A DNA stretch of 64,000 nucleotides from contig JAFNYY010000096.1 of assembly GCA_017383125.1 (NCBI GenBank), forward strand, positions 9,026 to 73,025. Direction: 5' to 3'. Under the pieces are notes generated by a model. It saw only the letters and a list, made by a program, of their open reading frames with translations. It was not told where the DNA came from and made no database searches. This document shows positions 46,801 through 54,277 of this stretch, piece by piece; the stretch's first letter is position 1; each line of letters starts with the position of its first letter. This stretch comes from Schwartzia sp. (in: firmicutes). GTDB taxonomy: Bacteria > Bacillota > Negativicutes > Selenomonadales > Selenomonadaceae. Made by a program: the position numbers and the translations under genes.

Positions 46801-47278
46801 CGTCCAGCAGGCTCTCCTGTTCCTTTATCTTCCTGGTATCGACGATGACCCGCTCGGCAGGTATCTGCTTCTCGTCGAACTTCCGCTCCTCGTAGTCCGC
46901 TCCGTAGCAGTAGTCAATCCACTGGACGAACTCAAAGAGAGCCTGCAGCGAGGCGAGGGCATTGGCAGAGTTCACGCTCTTTTCTGTGTGGACGGAGAGA
47001 TTGCCCAGCCTCACGATGTAGAGGAGCTTGCCCCAGGTGTTGTAGTCCACCGCATAGCGGAAGGAATTCTCATGGATGAGCGCCATGAGGTTGTCCTTGC
47101 AGGGCATATTCATGGTGTTGTCAGCAGCGTAGACCCACTTCACCGCCAGCTCCAGCGCTTTCCGGCAGCCTACGGCACACATAGCCGGAGAGGTGTCGTA
47201 GACACGCTCCGCCTCTATCGCCGCCGGGCCAAACATAGCGTATTCATTTTTCTCTGCCAAAAAGCTAAAATTCGCCAT
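43835..47278 (-). CDS. hsdR: Type I restriction enzyme R subunit with an N-terminal DUF4145/HEPN-like domain and an EcoEI-type C-terminal domain
   Basis: 1147 aa. The N-terminus carries IVRLGNLSVH (R-x6-H). The helicase motifs are LVMATGTGKTRTAAS and IIIDESHRS. The long C-terminal helical domain includes ...QKQIAFVRKVISYVEANGYI. Confidence 0.92.
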   Translation of the reverse strand: MANFSFLAEKNEYAMFGPAAIEAERVYDTSPAMCAVGCRKALELAVKWVYAADNTMNMPCKDNLMALIHENSFRYAVDYNTWGKLLYIVRLGNLSVHTEKSVNSANALASLQALFEFVQWIDYCYGADYEERKFDEKQIPAERVIVDTRKIKEQESLLDEKEAELEKLRRQVAAMSAQLTAEKEQKKAERTFNPEDISEFKTRKMYIDVELKELGWKLDGSEADVREEYPVEDMAGISGQQGFADYVLFGRDGLPLAVVEAKKTAKDPNVGRKQAVLYADCLEKKFGRRPMMFTTNGFETYFWDDLTGPQRPVSSIFSRDDLQKLMNRRGSQQKLNTVKIDDRITDRVYQKEAIRAVCDSITEGIRRNLLVMATGTGKTRTAASLSDVLSRGGYVTNILFLADRTALVKQARDDFKNYLPDMSLCNLCTNRDDRNARIVFSTYPTMLNAIDREKNESGERLFTPAHFDLIIIDESHRSIFKKYRAIFDYFDAYMVGLTATPKTDVDRNTYDFFEMEHGVPTFAYDYETAIADKVLVPYYNYEVKLKFLEEGINYDELSAEDKARFEEDFAEDGGLPEEIPSAELNKFVFNEDTVDTVLQDLMERGIKVAGGDRLGKTIIFAQNKRHAEFIIKRFDKLYPQYKGTFAQRVICDDSYAQTIIDDFKQAESAPHIAVSVDMMDTGIDVPEVVNLVFFKKVRSKTKFWQMIGRGTRLCKDLSCIDTINSEESGEYTGKRWFLIFDYCGNFEFFREHKEGYESNEAVSLTESIFAKRIRLISMLQEGEYTEEAYRNWRRELVDICRGQVTALNRELVAVRLQLRYAEKYRQPEPYVSLSDTDKGELVTHIAPLVTMDDDDEAAKRFDNLMYGLILAEMGEGKSFKRLQSNLRGIASELEKKTTIPQVNEKLSTIKEINTDAFWEAKDVLPLERVRVELRGLIKFLGGEGKRIIVTDLKDAVVGSTGGQTIDSGYDFEDYKAKVNRFVNENGNMLAIYKLTHNVALTALDYSELERVFTEELGSKEDYAREYGETPFGLIIRKIAKLDHEAAMEAFSEFINDESLNQKQIAFVRKVISYVEANGYIENVDALKKAPFDRPVAFGNLFDANIRTKLLEAVRAVRENAVKVTAAAAKSYNNADMTMSIAAEGTNK

Positions 47279-47317
47279 GACAAATGCTCCTCTGATCGAT
47301 TCTTAAAGGGATAGGCA

Positions 47318-48481
47318 TTAGCCGAAATACTTCTGCATCAGGCTGTCAAATAACAGCTGGGTTTCGTCGAGAGCCTTCTGAACGGAGGCTTTGGATTTGT
47401 TGACTTGGTGGACGAACTCCACAAACTCAATTTGCTCCCTCATTGGTGGAACAAGCAACCGTAATGAGTTTATGGAATTGAAGTTTAGCCCTGCTTTCAC
47501 TGCACTTTGATTTCTTGATTCAAATTGTTCTTTTCCGGCAGGACTTTCCATAAAAAACGCAACATACAATGGGTTGAGAACTTCCTTGTTCAGCCGTATG
47601 CATATCAGATGCTGATTGATGTACGCCCCATGTTCAGCAATTTCTCTTGTAACAACGCCAGTCCTTCCCAAATCAGCGGTAATACTTATGAGCAAATCGC
47701 CTTCTTGTACCTTTGTGCGTTTCGCTTCAGCATTGTCGGGCGCATTGACAGGTTGCATGTTATCAATCGATATATGGCAATCCTTGACATTCTTTATTGT
47801 AATAAACCATTCTGAGCCATCATCCATGCAGTATTTTGCCCAACCGCGGGAACCAGAAGTTAAAAACTGAATGTATTCCGACATCTCACAAACTGGATAA
47901 CCTTTAGGGTTCGTTTTGGGTTCACCAAACATCTCGACAAATCGGGCTTTGATGAGGTCGTCCAGCTTTTGAAGTTCTTGCTTCCTCCAGTTTATAATCC
48001 TCGTTACTTTTTCGAGTTGTTCTACCGCTTTTATTTGTTCAACAACATCGGGTACATTTATTTCAATTTCCGAAACAATTTTCTTTGATATTTCCTTAAA
48101 AGTTGCTCCTCTACCCAGAGAATTAAGATATTCAGTATTACCCTTTAGATACCAGTACAGATACTTATTGCTTATCTTATCCGAGCAAATAAGATTCTTA
48201 AACCCTTGGTTGCAATACATTTCACAACCTGCAATAGCCACTTTGCCAATAGGCGCTCTTGACGAAAGAATGACTGTCCCCTGTGGAAAAGGTGTTAGCC
48301 CTGCACTTTTCGCTCCGGCATCTGTTATCTTTCTCACGCTATCAGCAACAATATATGAATCATCTTTTATTTCTGCTGGAGTAATCCACTTCAAATCTCC
48401 GTCCCAGTATTCTTCGCTAGTTGTCTTCGGGGTACTTCCCGATACGATTTCGCATATATCACCCAACTTATATTTAGCCAT
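47318..48481 (-). CDS. hsdS: Type I R-M specificity subunit (two target-recognition domains)
   Basis: 387 aa with two TRDs. They are separated by the conserved helices QELQKLDDLIKARFVEMFG and QKALDETQLLFDSLMQKYFG. Hand-counted GC is low (23/60 at 47521-47580). Confidence 0.9.
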   Translation of the reverse strand: MAKYKLGDICEIVSGSTPKTTSEEYWDGDLKWITPAEIKDDSYIVADSVRKITDAGAKSAGLTPFPQGTVILSSRAPIGKVAIAGCEMYCNQGFKNLICSDKISNKYLYWYLKGNTEYLNSLGRGATFKEISKKIVSEIEINVPDVVEQIKAVEQLEKVTRIINWRKQELQKLDDLIKARFVEMFGEPKTNPKGYPVCEMSEYIQFLTSGSRGWAKYCMDDGSEWFITIKNVKDCHISIDNMQPVNAPDNAEAKRTKVQEGDLLISITADLGRTGVVTREIAEHGAYINQHLICIRLNKEVLNPLYVAFFMESPAGKEQFESRNQSAVKAGLNFNSINSLRLLVPPMREQIEFVEFVHQVNKSKASVQKALDETQLLFDSLMQKYFG

Positions 48482-48563
48482 AATTGCTCCCTACAAATCC
48501 GAATTTATCTCATCATACCGCTCAATGTATATTGATTGCCTCAGCGATTGCCCGCCACCCGCC

Positions 48564-48820
48564 AAAGGCTCCCCTCTAGGGGAGCTGGCGCCGTAGGCGA
48601 CTGAGGCGACCTATAATCCGTATAGATGGCTCCCCTGAAAGGGGAGCTGGCGCCGTAGGCGACTGAGGGGTTAAAAAGGAAAATTCGATTCTCTTTGCAA
48701 ACCCCTCCGGCACTTCGTGCCACCTCCCCTTTCAGGGGAGGCTTTAGCTGTCGGACAAAAGGCTCGCCTTTATTTCGGGTCGCCTGCGGGCGACCCCTAC
48801 TGTCTCCCTTAGAGAGACAG
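48564..48820. repeat. GC-rich hairpin repeat cluster II (two unit-1 copies, CCACCTCCCCT..AGGGGAGG hairpin, unit 3)
   Basis: Unit 1 is at 48564-48606 and 48628-48670. CCACCTCCCCTTTCAGGGGAGGCT is at 48720-48743. Unit 3 is at 48747-48804 (GCTGTCGGACAAAAGGC...GGTCGCCTGCGGGCGACC...CTACTGTC). A CTGTCTC/GAGACAG hairpin is at 48800-48820. Confidence 0.85.
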
Positions 48821-48986
48821 CTTGCCGACCGATTAACCTCAACACGGGATTCTTTATAAATTCCCTAAAGATTTTCCACTCAGTGAGTGGAAAATTTCCG
48901 AAAGGGGAAGTTTTTTCTTTTTCTTTCAATGCCCATCAATCTCCCCAACTCTTCTACTCCCTGCCGATGTATTTCTCTCCTTAATA

Positions 48987-49014
48987 TTGACAATCGCCGA
49001 AATTATGCTATATT
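48987..49014 (+). promoter_or_regulatory. Near-consensus orphan sigma70 promoter facing the 3' end of the HEPN-like gene
   Basis: TTGACA (48987-48992), a 16 nt spacer, a TG-extended -10 TGCTATATT (49006-49014). No plus-strand ORF follows. A T7 run lies at 49107-49113. Confidence 0.45.
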
Positions 49015-49076
49015 ATTAGTAGTCAACTTGTGACGGAATAAAGCTGGGTTCCCGAATGGGAGTAGGCACTTCGTGC

Positions 49077-50087
49077 TTAGAATTCCTTTGCTCCCGGGGT
49101 TGACTGTTTTTTTGCCAATTTTCCCTTCAGGTCGTCGAGTATCGTACCCGGCGACTTTTTTATTTCTTCAAATATGAAGTCGATAGCCTGCTGTGAATAG
49201 CTGTATTGGGGCTGAGCCGAAACCTGATAGGTAAAGCACATTCTTTCATTTTCCTTCAGACCGAAATACGCCGTGAAGTTGCGGAAATGATACATATTCA
49301 TTTCCACCCCGCTTCCATTGAACAGCAGCGAAATCTTTTCCTTTTGAAGCCGTTTGTTTATTTCTTTTATACAGGCCTTTGCTGTGTATTTATGGGTAGT
49401 ATTGGGGTCCTTGATTTCCTTGATGATTCGGACACCCTCTTCTGCATTCTTGTCGATATGATATAGTTCGGTAGCCTCTTCCCTCTTCTTTGTCAGGTAG
49501 TGATAATGCTCTACCCTGATTGCGAAGGAGCTATTGGCACTTTCCACCATTGGCTGTATTGTCCGACTGGTCGATATCAGCCTATCAGCCACCTGCTTTA
49601 CATACTTTCCTCGAATTTCCGTTTCATCCAATGACTTCAGTCTGACAGACAGTGTTATAAAATTTTCCGGGATAATCTGCGTCATGTCAACGCCGTGAAA
49701 CTCCATGATTTTATCAACGAAATTGAATACGCACGCTTGAAGCAAAGGGATGTAAACCGACTCGTACTCTTCCGTAATGAAGTGGGTACTGGTATTCCTC
49801 AGCTCAACTATTTTTTCAAGATTCTTCCGCAGAGGTGCTTTTTCATTGGTAAATATTTTTTGAAGGCAGTTTTCCAAACTGATGGTGCGGTTGGGTTTGT
49901 TGCTGTAATATATAGAATCCTCGCCAAACTTATTTATCATGTGCGCCTTCAACATCAGCTCCCATGCATTGCAGATGAAAAAGCTAAAGCCTTCCAGTCG
50001 GTACTTGATTGATGGCTTATTATATATCTCTATGGCCATGACAAAAGCCTCTTTTGCTTTGTCGAGTAATTGTTCCTGTAACATCAT
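49077..50087 (-). CDS. Hypothetical protein inserted between hsdM and hsdS. HEPN-like R-x4-H motif; N-terminus resembles DUF3644 from memory.
   Basis: 336 aa. Motifs include AIEIYNKPSIKYRLEGFSFFICNAWELMLKAH and IVELRNTSTHF (RNxxxH). Hand-counted GC is low (19/60 and 27/60 in two 60-nt samples). Confidence 0.6.
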   Translation of the reverse strand: MMLQEQLLDKAKEAFVMAIEIYNKPSIKYRLEGFSFFICNAWELMLKAHMINKFGEDSIYYSNKPNRTISLENCLQKIFTNEKAPLRKNLEKIVELRNTSTHFITEEYESVYIPLLQACVFNFVDKIMEFHGVDMTQIIPENFITLSVRLKSLDETEIRGKYVKQVADRLISTSRTIQPMVESANSSFAIRVEHYHYLTKKREEATELYHIDKNAEEGVRIIKEIKDPNTTHKYTAKACIKEINKRLQKEKISLLFNGSGVEMNMYHFRNFTAYFGLKENERMCFTYQVSAQPQYSYSQQAIDFIFEEIKKSPGTILDDLKGKLAKKQSTPGAKEF

Positions 50088-50134
50088 TTGAGAAACCGCT
50101 TTCTTTTACTAACTTGCCTGCTTATTCGATTATA

Positions 50135-51676
50135 TTATAATCCAAGTAAATTCTCCAGCTCTTCCATTTCCTTGCCGATCTCCAGCTCTATCTCACGGAT
50201 ATTCGCCATGATTTCCTCGGTGGGCGGGTACTCTACCGCCACATATTCTACCTCTTTGTACTTGTTGATACTGAGGTCGTAGTCGTTGGCAGCTATCTCC
50301 TCCTTCGGTACGAGGAAGGATTTCTCCGTCCGCTTCCGATCGGTCTCTGCGGCGAGATTGCCAAATCTCTCTATGATGTCGGGGATGTCGTTCTCCGCCA
50401 CCTCCGAGCGCTTGTCATCCAGACTGAATCCGTCAGCGGTCATGTCGTAGAACCACACTTTGTCCGTACCGCCGTGTCCTGTCTTGGTGAATATCAGTAC
50501 GGCGGTGGAGACTCCGGCGTAAGGCTTGAACACACCGGAGGGCATGGAGATGACTGCCCGCAGCTGATGATTCTCCACCAGCTCACGGCGAATGGCCTTG
50601 TGGGATTTCGATGAGCCGAAGAGTACGCCGTCCGGCACGATACAGGCGCACTGGCCGCCCATCTTCAGCAGGCGGAGGAAGAGGGCCACGAAGAGCAGCT
50701 CTGTTTTCTTCGTGTTGCCGGTGACAGCTTTCAGGTCGTCGTTGATACTCTCGGCGTCTATTGTCCCCTTGAAGGGGGGATTGGCCAGCACCATCGTGAA
50801 TCTGCTGCTGATGTCGTTTGATTTCGATACGCTGTCCTTGTAGTCTATCTCCGGCTTCGTGATGGAGTGGAGCATGAGATTCATGGCGGAGATACGGAGC
50901 ATAGTCCGGTCGGTGTCAAAGCCGGTGAAGGAATCTCCGGCAAATCGCTCCCACTGCTCTACAGTCATATAGTCCTCATATTTCCCACGGATGAACTCAG
51001 CGGCAGAGACGAGGAATCCGGCGGTACCGCAGGCCGGGTCGCAGATAATGTCCTCCGGGGTTGGCTGCAGGAGCTGTACCATCATCTCACGGATGTGCTT
51101 TGGGGTGCGGAACTGTCCGATCTGACCGGCGGTGCCCAGCTTGCCCAGCATATATTCGTAGAAATCGCCCTGCATATCCAGTCCGGCGATGTCATGCTCG
51201 TAGAGGTCGTCCAGTCCGGTGATAATCTTCTGTAAGACCTGCGGAGTCGGGATGAGGAACATGGCGTCGCTCATATAGCGGGCGAAGGCGGTGTCCTCCT
51301 CATGGGCAGCTGAGCCGTCAGCCGACGGCTCAATCATTTCCCCGGCGGCGGTGAAGTCCGGCAGCTTGCCCTGCTTCATGGCCTTGATGGCCGGGAACAG
51401 ACGGCGGCTCATTGTATCGAAGATGTCGGCGGGATGACTGTACTTGAATTTGCTCCAGCGCATCGACTGACCGATGGGTGTCTGGGGGAATATCCGGGGC
51501 TGCTTCTCGCCGGTGTCGTTCTCAAATTCTTCCGCGGCCAGCTCCTTCTCATCCAGCGAGCGGATGAACATGAGGTAGGTCAGCTGCTCAATGACGGTGA
51601 GGGGATTTGTTATTCCGCCAGCGTATATGTCAAGCCAAATTTTGTCGATTTTATTCTTTATCGTTCCGGTAATCAA
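50135..51676 (-). CDS. hsdM: Type I R-M N6-adenine DNA methyltransferase subunit
   Basis: 513 aa with an HsdM N-terminal domain. Motif I is ICDPACGTAGFL and motif IV is VLANPPFKG. Confidence 0.93.
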   Translation of the reverse strand: MITGTIKNKIDKIWLDIYAGGITNPLTVIEQLTYLMFIRSLDEKELAAEEFENDTGEKQPRIFPQTPIGQSMRWSKFKYSHPADIFDTMSRRLFPAIKAMKQGKLPDFTAAGEMIEPSADGSAAHEEDTAFARYMSDAMFLIPTPQVLQKIITGLDDLYEHDIAGLDMQGDFYEYMLGKLGTAGQIGQFRTPKHIREMMVQLLQPTPEDIICDPACGTAGFLVSAAEFIRGKYEDYMTVEQWERFAGDSFTGFDTDRTMLRISAMNLMLHSITKPEIDYKDSVSKSNDISSRFTMVLANPPFKGTIDAESINDDLKAVTGNTKKTELLFVALFLRLLKMGGQCACIVPDGVLFGSSKSHKAIRRELVENHQLRAVISMPSGVFKPYAGVSTAVLIFTKTGHGGTDKVWFYDMTADGFSLDDKRSEVAENDIPDIIERFGNLAAETDRKRTEKSFLVPKEEIAANDYDLSINKYKEVEYVAVEYPPTEEIMANIREIELEIGKEMEELENLLGL

Positions 51677-51948
51677 TGCCGTTTCCTCCTGTCAAAAGAG
51701 TTTTACTCTTATCCTTTTATTATTCTCTGCTCAATCCGATAATCCTGCAAATCACGCCTCTTTTCCTACAGCCTCCTTTGAAGTCTTCTCTGTCTGTGCC
51801 AGATTTTAGCAGCATCGCTATCCAAAAAGAGGTCCATTTAAGCAACATTTTATAATTCTTCTGGCATCGCTTACGGATGTTTTCAACTCTTTACAAAATC
51901 CTGTTGTCTGCTGGTACTTTATATGGTACTATTAAGCAGCGTGAGATT

Positions 51949-52185
51949 ATGAGCCAATTTGAGAAACTGTTGGAGCGAATAAAAAACAATCCAAAATCTG
52001 TACGATTTGAAGAGCTGCAAAAGATTTTGGAAAAGTACGGATTTGTCGGCAGCCAGCCGCAAGGCTGTTCAAGTCATTATACATTTCGCCGGACTGATGG
52101 CAAAAAAGTGACTATCCCCAGACATTCGCCTTATGTTAAAGCTATATATGTAAAACTGGTAATAGATTTGATCGGTGAGGAGTGA
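51949..52185 (+). CDS. hicA: HicA-family type II toxin (mRNA interferase)
   Basis: The ORF is 51877..52185; the likely start is MSQFEKLL at 51949. FEELQKILEKYGF...SSHYTFRRTDGKKVTIPRHSPYVKAIYVKLVIDLI fits HicA/YcfA. Confidence 0.8.
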   Translation: MSQFEKLLERIKNNPKSVRFEELQKILEKYGFVGSQPQGCSSHYTFRRTDGKKVTIPRHSPYVKAIYVKLVIDLIGEE

Positions 52186-52553
52186 TAGCTATGGCAACAG
52201 CTGATTATTATATGCGTCTTCCCTACAAAGAAGTAATTGAGCCGGCGGATGAGGGCGGCTATGTAGCGTATCTCCCGGACTTACAGGGCTGCATTACTCA
52301 GGGAGAAACAAAAGAAGAAGCCATATCCATGCTCGATGATGCAAAACTAGCCTGGATAGAGTGTGCCCTGGATGCTGGTGATGAGATACCCGTGCCGGAA
52401 AAGGACGAAGACTTCAGCGGCAAATTCAATCTGCGATTACCAAAGAGTATGCACAGACGGCTGTCGGTTCTTGCCCGCCGCGAAGGTGTGAGCTTAAACC
52501 AGCTTGCAGTGTCACTGCTGGCGATGGGCATCGGTGCCAACTCCAGACTGTAA
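52182..52553 (+). CDS. hicB: HicB-family antitoxin with a C-terminal RHH DNA-binding domain
   Basis: 123 aa, overlapping hicA by 4 nt. GGYVAYLPDLQGCITQGETKEEAISMLDDA is the HicB fold; FNLRLPKSMHRRLSVLARREGVSLNQLAVSLL is the RHH part. Confidence 0.85.
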   Translation: MIAMATADYYMRLPYKEVIEPADEGGYVAYLPDLQGCITQGETKEEAISMLDDAKLAWIECALDAGDEIPVPEKDEDFSGKFNLRLPKSMHRRLSVLARREGVSLNQLAVSLLAMGIGANSRL

Positions 52554-52604
52554 GCAGCAGCTTGCGTATGGGTGTGCATAGTAAGGGCTTGCCGCAGCAG
52601 GCCC

Positions 52605-52830
52605 GCTGTCGGACAAAGGCAATCCCTTATCTCAGGTCGCCTGCTGGCGACCTCTACGGTCCCTACTGTCACCCCTCCGACCTCGCTATGCGACTCCCTA
52701 AGCTCTGCCGTCGCTTTGCTCGGCAATCGCTAAGGTCGCATGCATGGCACTCACTAAATTCATCCATCGTTTCACTCGGATTCATTAAGTGAGTTAGCCT
52801 AGCTCGGCCACCTCCCCTGAATGGGAGGCT
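52605..52830. repeat. GC-rich hairpin repeat cluster III (unit 3 plus CCACCTCCCCT..GGGAGG hairpin)
   Basis: Unit 3 is at 52605-52670 (GCTGTCGGACAAAGGC...GGTCGCCTGCTGGCGACC...CTACTGTC). CCACCTCCCCTGAATGGGAGGCT is at 52808-52830. An imperfect inverted repeat, ATGCGAC...GGTCGCAT, lies between them. Confidence 0.8.
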
Positions 52831-52863
52831 ATTGGCATCGTACTATATCAAAGAGAGGCTGCT

Positions 52864-54048
52864 ATGGACGAGATAAAAAAACTGTCGGCCGAATTTGCCG
52901 ACTACATTCTTGATATAAGACGACAGCTGCACCGTCATCCGGAGGCCAGCGGTCAGGAGTTCGAGACCACGAAGCTGATTTGCCGTGAGCTTGACAAGCT
53001 CGGCATCTCCCACATAACCGGCTACAAGAGTGTCGGTGTCGTCGGTGTCATACGGGGCAGCCTGCCGGGGTCTGAATACAATGCCATCGCCCTGCGGGCC
53101 GATATGGATGCTCTGCCGGTAACGGAAGAAAACCAGCTTCCGTACAATTCCGAAATCAAGGGCATGATGCATGCCTGCGGTCATGACGGTCACACCGCCA
53201 TGCTGCTTGGAGCGGCAAAGATTCTCAACGCTCTGAGGGACAAATTTTCCGGTACTGTTTACCTCATTTTCCAGCCCTCCGAAGAAAACGGCCATGGGGC
53301 TAAGTACATGATGCGTCAGGGAGACTGGTTTGAGAAGGTCAACCGCATCTTCGGCGCTCATCTGTGGATGGATGTCCCTGCGGGAAAAATCTCTCTGGAG
53401 GATGGGCCGCGGATGGCTGCCGGTGATATTTTCACTATCCGAATTCACGGTCTGGGCGGTCATGGGGCACAGCCGGAAAAAACCATTGACGCGGTCGTGG
53501 TGGCTTCAGCTCTGGTGATGAATCTCCAGTCCATCGTCTCCCGCCGCTACAGTCCCCTCGACAGTGCCGTAGTCACTATCGGCAGCCTAAAGGCCGGAGA
53601 TACCTACAATGTCATCGCCGACGAAGCGGAGCTGCAGGGAGCAGTCCGGTATTTCGACATTGAAAAGGGTGCGGAAATACGGAAGATGATTGAAGAAACC
53701 GCCACCCATACAGCCGCTATCTACGGCGCCTATGTGGATATTGACTACACTCAGCGTATCCCTTCGGTAGTAAAGAACGAGCCTTCTTCGGCCGCCTCAG
53801 CCCGGCGGTCGGTTGCCAAGGTTCTAGGGGAGGATGTATTGACCACGGTTTCTGCTACCATGATTGGAGAGGATTTTTCCTACTATCTTGATGAGAAGCC
53901 GGGATGCTTTGCCTTCATCGGCATAAGAAATCCCGAAAAGGATATTGCATATCCTCATCACAATCCCCGTTTCAACATTGATGAGGATGTGCTGGCCGGT
54001 GGTGCCGCTGTATATGCACAGGTGGCCATCGACTGGCTGGCCGAGTAA
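52864..54048 (+). CDS. M20D amidohydrolase (N-acyl-amino acid amidohydrolase / hippuricase-like)
   Basis: 394 aa. Motifs: IRRQLHRHPEASGQEFET, MHACGHDGHT, FQPSEENG. Confidence 0.85.
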   Translation: MDEIKKLSAEFADYILDIRRQLHRHPEASGQEFETTKLICRELDKLGISHITGYKSVGVVGVIRGSLPGSEYNAIALRADMDALPVTEENQLPYNSEIKGMMHACGHDGHTAMLLGAAKILNALRDKFSGTVYLIFQPSEENGHGAKYMMRQGDWFEKVNRIFGAHLWMDVPAGKISLEDGPRMAAGDIFTIRIHGLGGHGAQPEKTIDAVVVASALVMNLQSIVSRRYSPLDSAVVTIGSLKAGDTYNVIADEAELQGAVRYFDIEKGAEIRKMIEETATHTAAIYGAYVDIDYTQRIPSVVKNEPSSAASARRSVAKVLGEDVLTTVSATMIGEDFSYYLDEKPGCFAFIGIRNPEKDIAYPHHNPRFNIDEDVLAGGAAVYAQVAIDWLAE

Positions 54049-54087
54049 AAAATGATAGCGAGGCTGTCCATACCTTAATGTAAATAA

Positions 54088-54224
54088 ATGGCATAACGGT
54101 CTGTAAAGAAACTGTTATGAACGCCGGTACTTAGCGATCTGCAAGCAGGCTTGCGCCGCAGGAGCTTAGTACCGTTGCGTGAATAATCAAGCGCAAGCGA
54201 GTTTCTGTCAGACTGTTATGCCAT
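54088..54224. repeat. MITE-like 137 bp element with 16 bp terminal inverted repeats (copy B)
   Basis: ATGGCATAACGGTCTG (54088-54103) pairs with CAGACTGTTATGCCAT (54209-54224). The interior is homologous to the reverse complement of 8428-8568. Confidence 0.7.
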
Positions 54225-54277
54225 TTTCGTTCTATAATAAACAAATAAGCTGCGAAAAAGCCTGTAAAAAATATAAC

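Noticed and set aside
45266-47314. A 682 aa plus-strand ORF opposite hsdR. Similar long shadows occur at 44150-45184, 10057-11433, 25477-26709, 19866-21008, 21336-22274, 18227-19246 and 34115-35110.
   Set aside because: The explanation is the same antisense codon-bias artefact. Each overlaps a confidently assigned gene, and none shows a recognisable motif or an SD-plus-start context.
47318-48481. A phase-variable hsdS shufflon.
   Set aside because: The window has no second hsdS copy or half-gene, no inverted hsdS-internal repeats and no adjacent recombinase.
48541-48723. Short ORFs lying inside the GC hairpin repeat clusters: 48541-48723, 48744-48929, 52298-52726, 52562-52792, 54131-54403 and 54179-54364.
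   Set aside because: They are translations of the repeat units (recurring SPLGELAP.ATEG and FP.GEGGSR peptides) in either orientation. They have no start context and were treated as non-coding repeats.
49021-49105. The 85 nt segment with 7 bp paired ends as a tRNA or tRNA-like gene.
   Set aside because: No D-arm pairing, anticodon arm or correctly positioned T-arm could be drawn. GGTTCCCGAAT is in the wrong place for a T-loop.
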